Positions 1-16,553 of a stretch of 64,000 bases of DNA are shown here, piece after piece. The position numbers and the translations under genes were made by a program. This stretch comes from Microbotryum violaceum. Lineage: Eukaryota. The notes beneath the pieces are model-generated. The model was not told where the DNA came from. It was given only the letters and a program-made list of their open reading frames with translations, and did no database searches. The stretch spans positions 62,001 to 126,000 of the forward strand of contig CDLV01000013.1 of the NCBI GenBank assembly GCA_001244265.2. Reading direction: 5' to 3'. Every line of letters starts with the position of its first letter. The stretch's first letter is position 1.

Positions 1-4646
<4,646 letters not shown>

Positions 4647-6567
4647 CTAGGCATCCAGAAAATCCTGATCTTCCAAGTTGTCGGTCGATGGGAGCTGGGC
4701 CAATGTCTTGTACAAGTCAATCATATTGAGTTGGTCATCTTCTGCCAGCAATGCCACCATTCGGGTGCGGTGGGCGTTGCGGGGTCCCCGGTTGAGGACA
4801 GAGTTTGCCCGCACGAGGCTGCGCAAGCAACGCTCAACGTCGTTGACAGGCGAACCTGAACAATTACGGGAGATGTGGCCCGGAATGCAACCTGGGGCCT
4901 GCGTTCCCGGCGTTAAGGAAATGCTGACGAGTTCAGTTTCGTTGATTTTGGCGGGTTCTGCTTCATGTACGCTGTGCATGCGAGCGCAAAATCCCGCCTT
5001 CTGGCTGACGTATCGTCCAATCGTGAGTAGGAGATACCCAGAAGGTGCTCTGGTTTGCGCATGTCCTCTGTAGTGAAATACAATCCTTGTAATCCAACAG
5101 GGGGTGAGGCATGCGATTTGAGTGCCGGCTCCGGTGCTGAGCAAATCCCGTCGAAGACCTACGGCGAGCGCCCCTGTTGCTGGGTTCCCGAGTGTCCTCG
5201 GTCAACGGCCGTTACTCTGCCGGATCCTGACGTCATCTCCTTACGGATATCAGCTCGTGTGGCGAGGCCCGCGATCCGCTCGTGCTGTGCAAGGTGCGAT
5301 TGGTAGCTGTCCCGGGGTATGCTCTCAATCATTTTGCAGAGATCCAACACGTTCGTGACCCGGGCCATGTTGGGTCCCAGCAAATGGCGGAGAGAGACGT
5401 CAACCTTGTCGAGGATTGCCGACGCGACCAGCTCGCTGTGGGGGGAACTAAGGGCATTGGTGCAGGCGTTGGGCATGATGTGGCTAAATTCGATGGCCGG
5501 CGCGCTTTGTTGTCCGTCCGGTGCTGTGTGCTTTGCCCACCAATCGAAGGAAAGTGGAGGCGGCTATACCCCTGTTGGTACGCTGGATTGGGGTGGTGGT
5601 TGTGCTCTCTGCCCATGCAACAAATTCAGCCCACCCCCAATCAGGGTTGCAAGCAATCAACTGTTCGAGCAACCCCCTGGTACGCTCATTGGCGCCACTG
5701 GCTACCTTCAACTTGAATATTGCCAAAATGTTGAGGGGCTCCGGGAAGTTGGGAATCGTTTTTGGTTCGAACAAGGATGGGTCTGTGCTAACATGCCACA
5801 TTTCCATCAGCTTGACCAGTGTGTCAAGGCCGTCGGAGGGGTTAGCTCCGAGTTTGCTCAAACCCTGGTTGCGAGCCACATCCACTCGGGTCTGCTGGCG
5901 CCAGAGTGTGGTGGGGTTGGTGCCACCCTGTTGAACTGGTGCGTTGGGCGCGTTGCGCTGTAGAGGGAGTCCCATGGCTATGCCCATTAACTGAGCGTAG
6001 TTGTCCTGAGCCCAGTCACCTGGTCGATACTCTTCTCAGGAAGCGCCCGGGTCGCCGCCTCCTCGGCTGCGTTAGCCGCTTCCAGATCTTCTTTGACCAC
6101 ATTGGCGCCAATCAATAGGCGCGCCAAGGTGATCAACATAATTGCAAGAGGTCGGAGGGCTGCTTCATCTGACAGATCCTCAATGGCATTGTAGTCCGCT
6201 CGCATCTGGGTAATGTGGTCTGCCGTTGCAAGGAAGCAGGGGGTCCAAGTCGTGGGTTGGGGGGGGGGGGGGAGGGGGCCGCTGCACGAGGAGGGTACCA
6301 GGTGTGAGTCCCGAGGTTGAGGACCCTTTCATGGAGTGGGCACGGGGTGTCGGGCCAGGCGTTGCGAAACTCGGCGGGTGGTGGACGTGTCCGATCGCGA
6401 CGTGGAAGGCGATCGAGGCGTTTGTTGTGCGTCCGTTGAAGGAGCCACGGTGATCGGGAAGGGTGAGGATGGGGTTGTGAGTTTGGGAGTGGAGCCAAGT
6501 ATAGGCAGAAGTAGGTCGTGGTGTGTGGGTTGTGCGGTGAATGGGGGTGAATGGGGTTTTGTTCTTG

Positions 6568-6623
6568 TGATTCGAAATCAGATCCTCTTGAGGGCGCAGG
6601 TTCGAATCCTGCCGCAACCGCCG
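6568..6623 (+). other. 3' portion of tRNA-Ser(CGA) serving as an extended primer-binding site
   Basis: TGA-TTCGAAA-TCA anticodon arm, long variable arm CCTCTTGAGGG, T-arm GCAGG-TTCGAAT-CCTGC, acceptor strand CGCAACC-G, then CCG (CCA variant); no D-arm or 5' acceptor strand. Confidence 0.88.
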
Positions 6624-6625
6624 CT

Positions 6626-7114
6626 TGTAGGAGAAGGTTCTGACGGCACTGCACACAATTCTCAACGGAAGGGAGGAGATGAGATGAGATGAGACTCAAT
6701 GCAAGAGAAGGTCAAAGTCTAAGCTACAAAGGCTAGAATGGGATTCACAGCGGGCGCGGCGCACCTCGGCGCACGAGGGCGTACGGCGGAGGCGCTCTGG
6801 GCTTCCTGACCCAGGGTCCAGTGAAGGATGAGAAAAGAGGAAAAGAGAAGAGCTAGAAAAGAGCTACGGATCGCTATTTAAGGAGATCAGGGAAAATGAA
6901 CAAAGAAAAAATAAAAGGAAAAGAGATGTGGACAATGTGGCTCTTTGTGGTGTCCTAGGACAATAGATACAGGCGAGATAAAATAGGAAAGAATGACAAG
7001 GGGGTGCAAAATGGTTGTCAGTCAAAGGCAGGGAAATGAAAGGGAGGTCACGCAAGTCGGTCCGTCGGTCCGAGGTCTGAGCTTGGACCTACCGAGTGGC
7101 TGCCAAACCTTACA
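6626..7114 (-). repeat. LTR (489 bp) of the tRNA-Ser-primed element
   Basis: TG...CA ends; purine-rich tract and GGTCACGCAAGTCGGTCCG...GGCTGCC block shared with 13735-14127. Confidence 0.8.
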
Positions 7115-7713
7115 GCTAGCTATGCCGGGGTGCAGTCTGTGGATGAGTTAAAGAAAGGCAGCAGTGTGTGGTACGGTCCCGCAGATCGTGTCAGCTCGAC
7201 CCGCAAGACTTTCTCGACGGGCAAAGGAATGGGGAGGGGGGACTGCTCTTGGCTTCTTACATGATGGAGCAGAGCCCCCGTGATACTTTCTGCACCGCGA
7301 GCAGTTGATGTTGTCCATCACCGCCTTTGTCTCAGGGCGGTTGCGATCTGCAATCGGAGGGCCAACGTCAGCTCCCCACGTCAACCGTGGACATTCTATA
7401 ATCTTAAGAACCCATAGGGATTTGAAAGAGACATTACTTGGCATTGTCAACGCAGCGTTGTCCACTGCATCCGCCCACTCTTGCGCTGTGTCCGCGTTGC
7501 CTATCGGAAATCCACCTGAATTGTCCGGAACAACGTAGCAGATGCAGTCCCAATGAGAAGCGCTTTTGCAAGGCTGCTCGCGCACCCAAGATTATGTCAA
7601 GTCGACAAGGGGGTCAGCTCTTTGACAATGGGTCACCTCAAAAGCTCCCGTCCTGTTGTGGAACTCACCGTAGACGTGCGGTTCTTCAGCACTTTGTCCA
7701 CTGCCCTGTAGTA

Positions 7714-7929
7714 AATAAGAGACTGACGAGCGTGTAATCCAACCGTCAGTTAATTGCATATGATAGTAGCCGTAGTGCTAGATGTACGTACCTGACAAGC
7801 GTGTAATCCAACCGTGGAGAGAAGACAACGGTTGGTGTGCATCGCCAGGCTTCACTAAACAAACGCGCGCTTCTAATCAAATAACCAATAGCCGCCTTCC
7901 TGCTAATCCTCATTCACAACACGCCAACT
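7714..7929 (-). repeat. Copia 3' LTR
   Basis: Direct repeat of 12461-12676 with 6 substitutions; contains an internal 24-bp duplication CTGAC(G/A)AGCGTGTAATCCAACCGT. Confidence 0.95.
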
Positions 7930-10900
7930 CGCCCCTTCACGCGATGAATCTATAAGCCCCATTGTGTGTACAAACTGATAGTGCTTCTGTGTCCCGAGCC
8001 CCTTGGTGAGGACGTCCGCAGCCATGGTGCCCGTGGGCACCCAGACCATCTCGATTGTGCCTTCCGCAATGTGGTCCCAATGAAGTGAAAGTGGATGCCA
8101 ATATGTTTGGTACGAGCATGGAAAGCCGGGTGCTTGGCCAGAGTGATGGCGGACTGGTTGTCACCCCGCAAACGAGTCGGAGCGGTCTGCTCGAAGCTAA
8201 GATCCGCAAGCAAACGACGTAACCAAATCCCCTTGCGAGCGGCGTATGACATGGCCACATACTCGGCCTCGGTACTGGAGAGGGTGACGAGAGTCTGTTG
8301 CTTGGCGATCCAAGAGATAGCCCCACCAGCGCACATGAACACGTAGCCCGAGACGCTCCGGCGAGTGACCGGGTCGGCGCCATGATCAGCATCAACAAAT
8401 CCCTCCAAGATTGCCGACATAGGCTGGAAGGACTTCTGATAGCGGATGCCAAAATTGCGGGTACCGACAAGGTAGCGCAGGATGTGTTTGAGCGCCTCCC
8501 AATGCTCCGCCGTGAAGTCGTTGCAGAAACGAGCAGCCTTTGAAACGGCAAACGCGATGTCGGGTCGGGTGGTGCCAGAGAGGTATAAGAGCTTGCCTAC
8601 AATGGCGCAATAGGGGATCGAGGCAGGATCAAAACCGGAGTCAGCGCGATTCCTCAGAGTCGACGGAGCCGCAAGAGGCGTGGGCGGGGGGACGCATTGG
8701 CCATGTGGTGTTCCTTGAGGATGGCATCGACGAAATGTCCCTGGTTGACGATCGCAGCACCCGTCTTGCCCTCACGACGGATGCTCTGGCCGAGGAAGAA
8801 GGAAGCCTCGTCGGTGCTGCGAGCTTCGAACCGAGCCTTGAGCTGACAGAGCACGCCGTCAAGATCCCCGTCACCCGTGAGCAGACCGTTGTCGACATGA
8901 ATGGAGAGGAAAGACCGTTGATCCCCCTCTTTGCGAACGAAAACGGCATGGTCACTGTCGGTGCAGGTGAAGCCATGGACAGGATCCATTCAGTGAAGAC
9001 CTTGTACCACTCGCGGCCCGCCTGAACGAGGCCGTAGAGAGCGTGCTGCAAGTGCACGATATTGCCTCCGGGTAGTCGCATGTAGATCTCGGTCCCGCCG
9101 AGGTTGCTGTTGAGGTACGCAGACAAGACGTCAAACTGGCGGGTCTCCCACTTGTTCTCAACGGCGAGGGCGAGTAACAGTCGATGGGAGGCGGCTCGAC
9201 CTGTGGGCAAGAACGAATCAATATGCACCCCCCAACGTCTTTGCATGTCCCCGTGCGCAACAAGTCAAGCTTTGTACTTGACAATTTGACCCTCCGCATT
9301 GCGCTTGACGAGGAGTACCCACATGCTCCCAATGACAATGGCCCCGGGCGGGGGTCAAACCGGCTTGGAGAACGTGTTCTTAGCGGCGAGAGCTCCCTCC
9401 TCCACCAACATGGCGGCCAGCCAGTAATCATGAAAGGGGCCAGCGAGGGCGGCCTGGACCGAAGGAGTGTCATCGCTGTTGATCTTGGCGAGGAGCGCAG
9501 AGACTTCCTCAAATGAGTACATCTGCGTGTCAGGGTCACCTTCATTGAAGTCATCAAACTGGATGGCCGCGTGGTCGGCAAACTCCCAATGCTGTGCCGC
9601 ATGAGCAAATCCGAGGTAGTCAGGCGGACGGCGGGTCCAGGTGGAGCGATCACCATTGGGCGGTGTGTTTGCCGGGCCAGGGTTCGAAAATGCGAGGGCG
9701 GGCGGAACGGGTGGCGGAGCGGCGGCAGCGGGAGCCACGGCTGGCGCTTTGGCAACAGGGGGCGCAGCGGCGGAACCGATGCTGAGCGGCGCGGGCGGGT
9801 AAGATAAACCGACCGCAACAGGGATGGCAGGCATGGCAGGCATGGCAGGGCTCACCGCAGCGGGAAAGAAACGGTACTCAAAGAACCTGGCCTGAGACGA
9901 CTCAAAGACCTTATTGCGAACCGGATTGAAGAAGCGCCAGGCCTTGGATTGCGAGGAGTAGCCAACAAAGTAGCAGAGGCGGGATCGCGGGGCCAGCTTG
10001 TTGGGACGTTGCTCGGGGGCAAGCGGCACGTGAGCAGCACAGCCCCAGGTCTTGACACGGTCGAGACGGGGGCGGCGGGTGTCCGTGACCAGGTCCGAGG
10101 GTTTGTGCAGCACAGAGTCTGGGGTGCGCTGCTGGAGCGGCGACGAGGGGAGCAGATTTATGACGTAGATTGCGGTGTGCGCCGCTTCATCTCAAAGTGC
10201 GGGAGGCAGTCCCAAGCGATGGAGCCAGGCGCAAACGGAGTGGAAGATCGTTCGCCAGCTGCGTTCCTGAACGCCCATCTGGCCGTGCTCGTACGCTGTG
10301 GAGAGCTCGTGGAAAATGCCCCGCGTGGCGAGCCAATCCCGGAGCCTGTGGTTCACAAACTCGCCCCTCTGTCCGTGCGCAGCGTTGTGACGCCCTGGCC
10401 CCCGTACTGGGTCTTCGACATCGCAACAAAATCCTGAAGGATGGCTGACGAGTCACTCTTGAGCCGGATGCTGCGAGCCCAGCGGAAGCGCGAAAACTCG
10501 TCCGTGATGCCGCAGAGGTAACGAGCACCCGAAAGTGCGGGCACAGGGGAAGGACCCCACACGTCGGCAAAGACACGGGAGAAAGGTGCGTCCGCGGGGT
10601 GGCTTGCGGGTCCCCGGTTCGGGGAAGAGACGGTTTTGCCGGCGCAACAAGCATTGCACTGATCAAGGAGGCAAATCTGATCCGGAGTTACAGCTGCTAC
10701 GCCGAGTGGAATTTGACCCGACCTAACAAGCTCTACCAAACGACCCCAAGAAGGATGACCCAAGCGCTGATGCCAAAGCACTACGTCTGTAGGCAAGGTG
10801 GTGGCAGTCAGCGCCAGGTGATCCGCCTGAGGAGGTGGGTGAGAACTTGCCTGAAGCACATAGTGGTTGCGATCGAGGGTGAAGGAAAGGCGGGAGGTCG

Positions 10901-12460
10901 CGCTCGAGATCACAATCCCGGTATGTTTCCCAGCCGTGTCGCACTCGTTGGATGGCTCATACCCGTCCTTCATCAGGCCGGCGAGTGAGACAAGTTCAGC
11001 GGACAGACCCGGGATGAGGAGGACGTCGTGGAGCTCGATGGACGCCTTGTCGACACCGAACCGGAGAGTGCCCGTACCGGTCACCACGGCACTGGAGTTG
11101 AAGGCGCCGACGACCCGGACGCGCCCCATGGTGAAGGGCTTGAAGTCGATGAGGAGGTCCCGGCGAGTCGTCATGTGGCGGGTCGTACCTGAATCAAGCA
11201 AGTAGCGCGGGATGTTGCTCAGGTACAGCGCCGTGTTGTCGTCACCAATGGGTACACCGACGACAAAATATCCCTTGTAGGCCTCGTCCTCGAGCTGAGC
11301 CTCGGGTGCACGGTCGATGGTGACAAGCGCCATTACGTTGGCCGCGCCAATGGTGATATTGTGTTTGGCAAGAACAGCGATGCGGCGGCGAGAGACCTCT
11401 GCCGACGGCACCGTGCATTCGTCGCCAAGATGTCCCTGCTCGTAGCACCTTCTGCACTGCATCCGACCCAGTTTCAGGCGACCAGCGTGCAAGATCCCGT
11501 GAGGCCGGGCACCCTCGAGGCCTGAAGGAAGGGGGGCGCCGAGGGACCGGAAGGACGGCCCGAGGGTTTTGAGCGAGGACGACCCGAGGCTGGCTGACTC
11601 CGAGACTGCACCGGTGCTGCTAATGCCTCCGCAATGGGCTCGATTTGTTGGCTCAAGGAAGTGCGGCCCTACGTATTGCGCCCTCAACTTGCTCGAGCAA
11701 TGGGAGCATGCCGATGGAGTTGATGACCGTCACAAGGTTCCTTGGCATCCTAGCCTTCAAGAGGTCCATGCGAACACCCTCGGACAGCGCGGGCGGTGGT
11801 ACCCACTTGTCAAAATCGCTCTGGGTAAACAATGTGCCGTCGATCCTGGTGCGTTGATAGGCTTTGTCACGGGAGACATGGGTGGCGACGAGGTCCTCAA
11901 ACAACCGGTTGAAGTTCGCAAGCCATGGGTCAAGCGCTTTGCCGTTGACAAATGGCTCACACAAGAAGAGGGCGTCGAGCTTTGCTGAGCGCATGAAATC
12001 GTCCGAAGCGCGACCGAGATCCTTATCGAGCGCGGCCCACAAGTCGTGCGTGGCGTTGGCTTTGACGCGGGCGAAGGTGGACTCCCCCAAGCATACAATT
12101 AGCGTGTTGCGCGCCTGCGCAAGGGCCTGATCGAGAGCGTCGACATCCTGACGGTACAATCAAAGTTGGTTGCGATAGGTGGCCACATTGTCTACCCGGT
12201 TGTTGCCCTCCAAGCGAGTGAACTCGGACTGCAAAGGCTCGGGGCCGACGTCTAGAACACCGGTGACGTGTTGAGGCGGCCCTCGCCTTTCAGGACGTTC
12301 TGAAGTCGCTCCCTGGCAACACCCCAGTTGGTGGCGTCGACTTTGCCGTATAGGTCGCCCATCAGACTGACATGGTCAGCCGTGGGAGTCGCCATCTTGG
12401 ATATGCGCTGCGTCTTTTCTGCGTGCGGATCTGTGCCTTGCGGCAATACAGACGCTACCA

Positions 12461-12676
12461 AATAAGAGACTGACGAGTGTGCAATCCAACCGTCAGTTAA
12501 TTGCATATGATAGTAGCCGTAGTGCTAGATGTACGTACCTGACGAGCGTGTAATCCAACCGTGGAGAGAAGACAACGGTTGGTGCGCATCGCCAGGCTTC
12601 ACTAAACAAACGCGCGCTTCTAATCAAATAACCGATAGCCGCCTTCCTGCTAATCCTCATTCACAACACACCAACT
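12461..12676 (-). repeat. Copia 5' LTR
   Basis: Direct repeat of 7714-7929; abuts the initiator-Met-type PBS. Confidence 0.95.
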
Positions 12677-13446
12677 TAGTAGCACTCGGCTTTTTCCTGC
12701 TTCGTCCAGTCCGCCGAAGCAAGTGAGGCGATGCCGAACACGACGATGAGGTAAGCGAAGCGGACCATCTCGAGAGAATGAGGACCGATTGTCACGTTGT
12801 ACGAGACGACGGGATGTGCCGAGTCTTGATTTCTCGACTTGGAGTCCGCCGAGTCTGGACGCCTTGCCTTGACCTTGAAGAGTGAGGATGAAAGAAGAAA
12901 AGCAAGAACGGGTTGGACGAGTCACGCCAACATCACTTCTCGAGTTCGGCCTTCTCCTGTCTTTCAGCGCCTTGTGACTGGTGAAACCTGCACAGCCTCC
13001 GCCGGGCTAACGCCCCGTCCGTTCGGTGATCGAGTCGTCTAGCGCCGGTTGAATAGATTCAGCATAAACTCGGGTGATTGACCACACCGGTGTTGACTCG
13101 GGGTTTCAGTAAGCCGACTTCATTTCCGAGCCGGAAGTAGGTAAGCGGATAGGTAAGCTCGGGGAGTTCAAGGGGACGCGCCGGCTGGAATGCGCCTTCG
13201 GAACGACCTACTCTCAGACAATGTCGAATCTCCCTCACCGCTTTTGATTACCCGATCCACCGAATGATTGACCGCGGAGCGAAAGATGTAATGGACTCCG
13301 ATCGAAATAGTAACAGGCTTGAAAAGGTGGAAGGATTGTGCAGTAAGAGATGGTGGCGAAGGGGAGAGAAGCGACGGATTGAGTCAAGAATCTCAGGACG
13401 GGACGGGCCGCCGGGTGTCTCTGTGGCGGTGAAGCGCGCTTCCGAT

Positions 13447-13688
13447 CCGACGCCGTCTGACGCTGGACTTTGAGTGATCGAGCAGATTCGGGTCACGCGG
13501 CTGCGTCGGATCTCCGTGTGCCTCGGAGGAACCACATGGTGACCACATCACTGCGAACGGTTGCAGCCACGGGCTCACTGCACCATGTCGCCGTCGAATC
13601 TCTCAACAGGGCCATCTCACTCAAGCTCTTCATCAGCGCTAGTTGTAGATTTGCTCTTCAAAGCTTCAACCTTGGCCCAAGCGTACAC
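13447..13688 (+). pseudogene. Orphan duplicated 5' fragment of the AVT2-like gene
   Basis: Diverged copy of 30993-31231 including upstream non-coding sequence; ATG 13585 gives MSPSNLSTGPSHSSSSS versus MAPPNLSTGPSHPSSSS. Confidence 0.85.
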
Positions 13689-13734
13689 ACCCGCCCGGGC
13701 GGAAAAACCTCATGTCCCGAGTGCGACATCTCTG

Positions 13735-14127
13735 TGTAAGGAGCCCAGATTACTCTTAGCGGCAGGCGTAAGTAGAGGCGGGTTCCACGATAGTACGCTC
13801 GAAGTTGCTTGACAAATAGACAGTCTCGACACCAGTCGATTGTCAAAACTCAATAACGAGGGTCTAGGGAAAGATGAGAAAAGAGGAAGAGAGGAACAGA
13901 TAGAAGAGAGCTACGGATCAATATATAGGGGCATCTGGCGATAATAAAGGGAGCCATGTAGACAATGTGGTTCTTTTTGAGAAACTAGGACAATGGAGGG
14001 ATAGAGTAACAAATAGGCAGGTGTCAAAAGGATACACAATATTTGACAGTCAAAGGCAGGAAAGGAAGGTCACGCAAGTCGGTCCGAAGTTGAGCTTGGA
14101 CCTACTGGGTGGCTGCCGAACCTGACA
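13735..14127 (-). mobile_element. Solo LTR related to the LTR at 6626-7114
   Basis: TGTAAG...CTGACA ends; shared blocks GATGAGAAAAGAGG, GAGCTACGGATC, GACAATGTGG, CAGTCAAAGGCAGG, GGTCACGCAAGTCGGTCCG; flanks do not match. Confidence 0.8.
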
Positions 14128-14789
14128 CGCAGCCGAGGCTGCTGTTCACTTAGTAGCTGGCATAGTATTCGCTTTAGGGCTTCCAAAAGGCGTGCTTGAG
14201 TACTTTCAAGTATCCTGACGAAATGCCACTATCGTATGGCCAGATGCAGAGACAGCAGGAGATTCGAAGAAAGTAGAGATGCAGCGTGTTCCGTGTCGCG
14301 AGCTCGAGCTCGAGCTCGACCGTCGAGCCCCTCTCGAGGTCGATCGCGCACTGCACGGGAGGCGCCCCTGTTGGCGGACGCGACGTTGAACGGGGCTCGG
14401 CAACATCGAAGAGGTTCATTTTAAACGTAACGTGGGATGATTGACTTCTTCCGTAGAGTTTGGGGCTATCTTGATGTTATCGGTGCTCTAGAACCCTGAA
14501 AAAGAAGTTCTCGAGGCCGAATAGGTGGCAGTGGTTTGTGTGCGCGGGGGACAAGCTAAGGCGATCGCGAATAAAGTCCCGCGCGAGCGTCGACGCGCGG
14601 TGCCTCGGGCTCGCGACTCACCTCATCGTCCCACTCGCTTTGCGAACATCCACTCCACAGGCGGCTCAGCTTTCTCACCCCTCTTGTTGATTCCCTTCCT
14701 AGGCCCATCCATTGCTCGCTACTTCTGAAACACCTCTTTGACGACGGCAACAGTGACAATCGGCAATCCCGTGCTCCCTCGACTCTAGT

Positions 14790-14996
14790 CCATTCGCTTC
14801 CTCCAGCCATTCAGAGAGGATCGCCGACTGGATAGTCAAGATCAAGCTGGCTTACATCTATCCGCCCATATCGACCCTTTTGCTGGTGTGCCGTGCCTGG
14901 ACCGAGCCGTTCCTACGCTTCGTGTGCCGCATCGTCGAGCTGCCCACCCACCGCATCGCGCAAGTCGATCTCGACTCGGACCTCGCCCAGCGCTAA
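14790..14996 (+). pseudogene. Possible F-box-like gene relic
   Basis: HSLPPAIQ, frameshift, RIADWIVKI...STLLLVCRAWTEPFLRFV resembles an F-box pattern; ends in an in-frame stop. Confidence 0.35.
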
Positions 14997-16553
14997 TCCG
15001 CTAATCACTTCCTGCTTACTCTCCACTTTAAAGACCCGGACGTTGTCATCGAATACCCGGGCTGGCGCGCGAGGGTTCAGAGGAAGAAAGACGATTCCGA
15101 GGCAGGTCCGCACGCCATTTTGCATTGTGAGGCCTCGGTCTGAGCGGTTCAAGGCGTCAAAACGATCGGAAGAGGACCTTGCTACCTCGAATTTGACAAG
15201 GAGATGAGGGGAATTCTCGAATGTCTTGAGGCCCGGGGGCGAGTCTCGAAAGATGCATACCGTTTCGGTAGGAAATCCATCTTCATCGCAACCGTCGACC
15301 CCTGGATCTTGACTCGTTCTCTTTGATGGATGCGACTGCAATCGGTGCCCCTCGCCTCGTCGTCCGATCAACTGGTCATGTTGCGCCTCCACTTCCAAGA
15401 GTTCATCGGATCGGAACCCCCGACTACGCTCCGCATGTGCAGCTGCGCTAGAGCTGACTTAAAATGCGCACATCGAATCCATCGCGGCCGGACTTCGCAC
15501 GGCCCAAGACGCCATCTAGAGGGTGAACTCTCCACATGTGTTCCATCTCGAACTCTGAACATGCAATAAACGGTTGCCCTCGGTCCTCTCCAAGAGCTAA
15601 GGGAGATTTTATTCAACGCTTCCATCGGTCCGGGACGAACGTGCACGCCCGGTATTCCCGACCACACGGCCGAGATGTGTTGCGCTCATCGCTTGGGTCC
15701 TGTTCCCACCCATATCTGTTCCTCATGATCATTGGGTTCAGTAGTTCAATGTCACAATCCCCCGTGTGATCCATCAGTGACCGTTGAAAAGCGTCATGAC
15801 TGTGAAAGAGAGCGGAAACCACTGACCTCTCTAGATGCGCAGTCTATGTGTCTTTAGGCTCTGGTAGCTGTTTGTGAAAACGAATGTTCCTTGCATCTGC
15901 ATGCTGAGAGGGAGCGAACTTCATTCTCTAAAAGCAAGTGCGTCAACCCTGTGAACTCCGGTACAGCACTGGCGGCGATAATAGTAACCAACACAGGTGT
16001 CGAAGAGAAAGATTCGGAATGACACTAGAATCGCTTTTGCATCGTCCGTGCCAAAAATGGAGAAGACCCATCATTTTCCAAAAGACCGCGTCAGTTTTTA
16101 TACACTCAAACAATTGTTCCATATAATGGACCGACCCCAGCAGCTTTCACAAGTTCTCCCTTGAGACTAGCTAGCTTGATTCTAGCCTCGGCTCGAGCAC
16201 GTTCTTGGGCTGGCTTGGCACGAAGCAGCTTCGGAAGGGGTTATGCAGGGGTTAGCCCGATAAAACGATCGCTCGTGATCATGCTGCGGCTGAAGTGGTT
16301 ATGGTGGGCGGTTGTGCAGTACAGTTTGACGCGGGTGAGAGCTGAGTTGATCGGAAGCTGAGACCGCGAAGGAGTGTCGACACGTGACTTCCACCGAGAA
16401 TCGACGGTGCCGTTTTTCTGCCTTTGCAAGTTGTTACCGAATTTCACTCTATTGGTCGAAGTCAGTTCCTGCGAAGTCCTCTGTAGGGTCATAAAACCCC
16501 ACGAATCACTACGCAGTCGATACCTAGTTCACGCATCAGTCAAGGCTCCGCAT

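Larger units (their letters stand above)
7714..12676 (-). mobile_element. Ty1/Copia LTR retrotransposon with both LTRs, internally degenerate
   Basis: 216-bp LTRs, TAGTA target-site duplication (7709-7713, 12677-12681), PBS TGGTAGCGTC (12451-12460), purine tract GTGAAGGGGCG. Domains: gag knuckle CRRCYEQGHLGDEC, PR LLDSGTTRHM, WHQRLGH, IN ADVWGP/RTDRG, RT HVDN, RNase H VDADH/SSTEAEY; several frameshifts. Confidence 0.97.
7120..12768 (-). pseudogene. Small secreted Cys-rich protein gene (123 aa, loosely CFEM-like) disrupted by Copia insertion in exon 1
   Basis: Removing 7709-12676 restores MVRFAYLIVVFGIASLASA-DWTKQEKAECYYRAVDKVLKNRTST. Exons 12768-12677+7708-7669, 7573-7438, 7347-7261 and 7136-7120 join in phase through GT-AG introns with GCTGAC branch sites. 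Confidence 0.85.

Noticed and set aside
6568..6623. Functional tRNA-Ser gene
   Set aside because: The 5' acceptor strand and D-arm are absent, and the position next to an LTR fits a primer-binding site.
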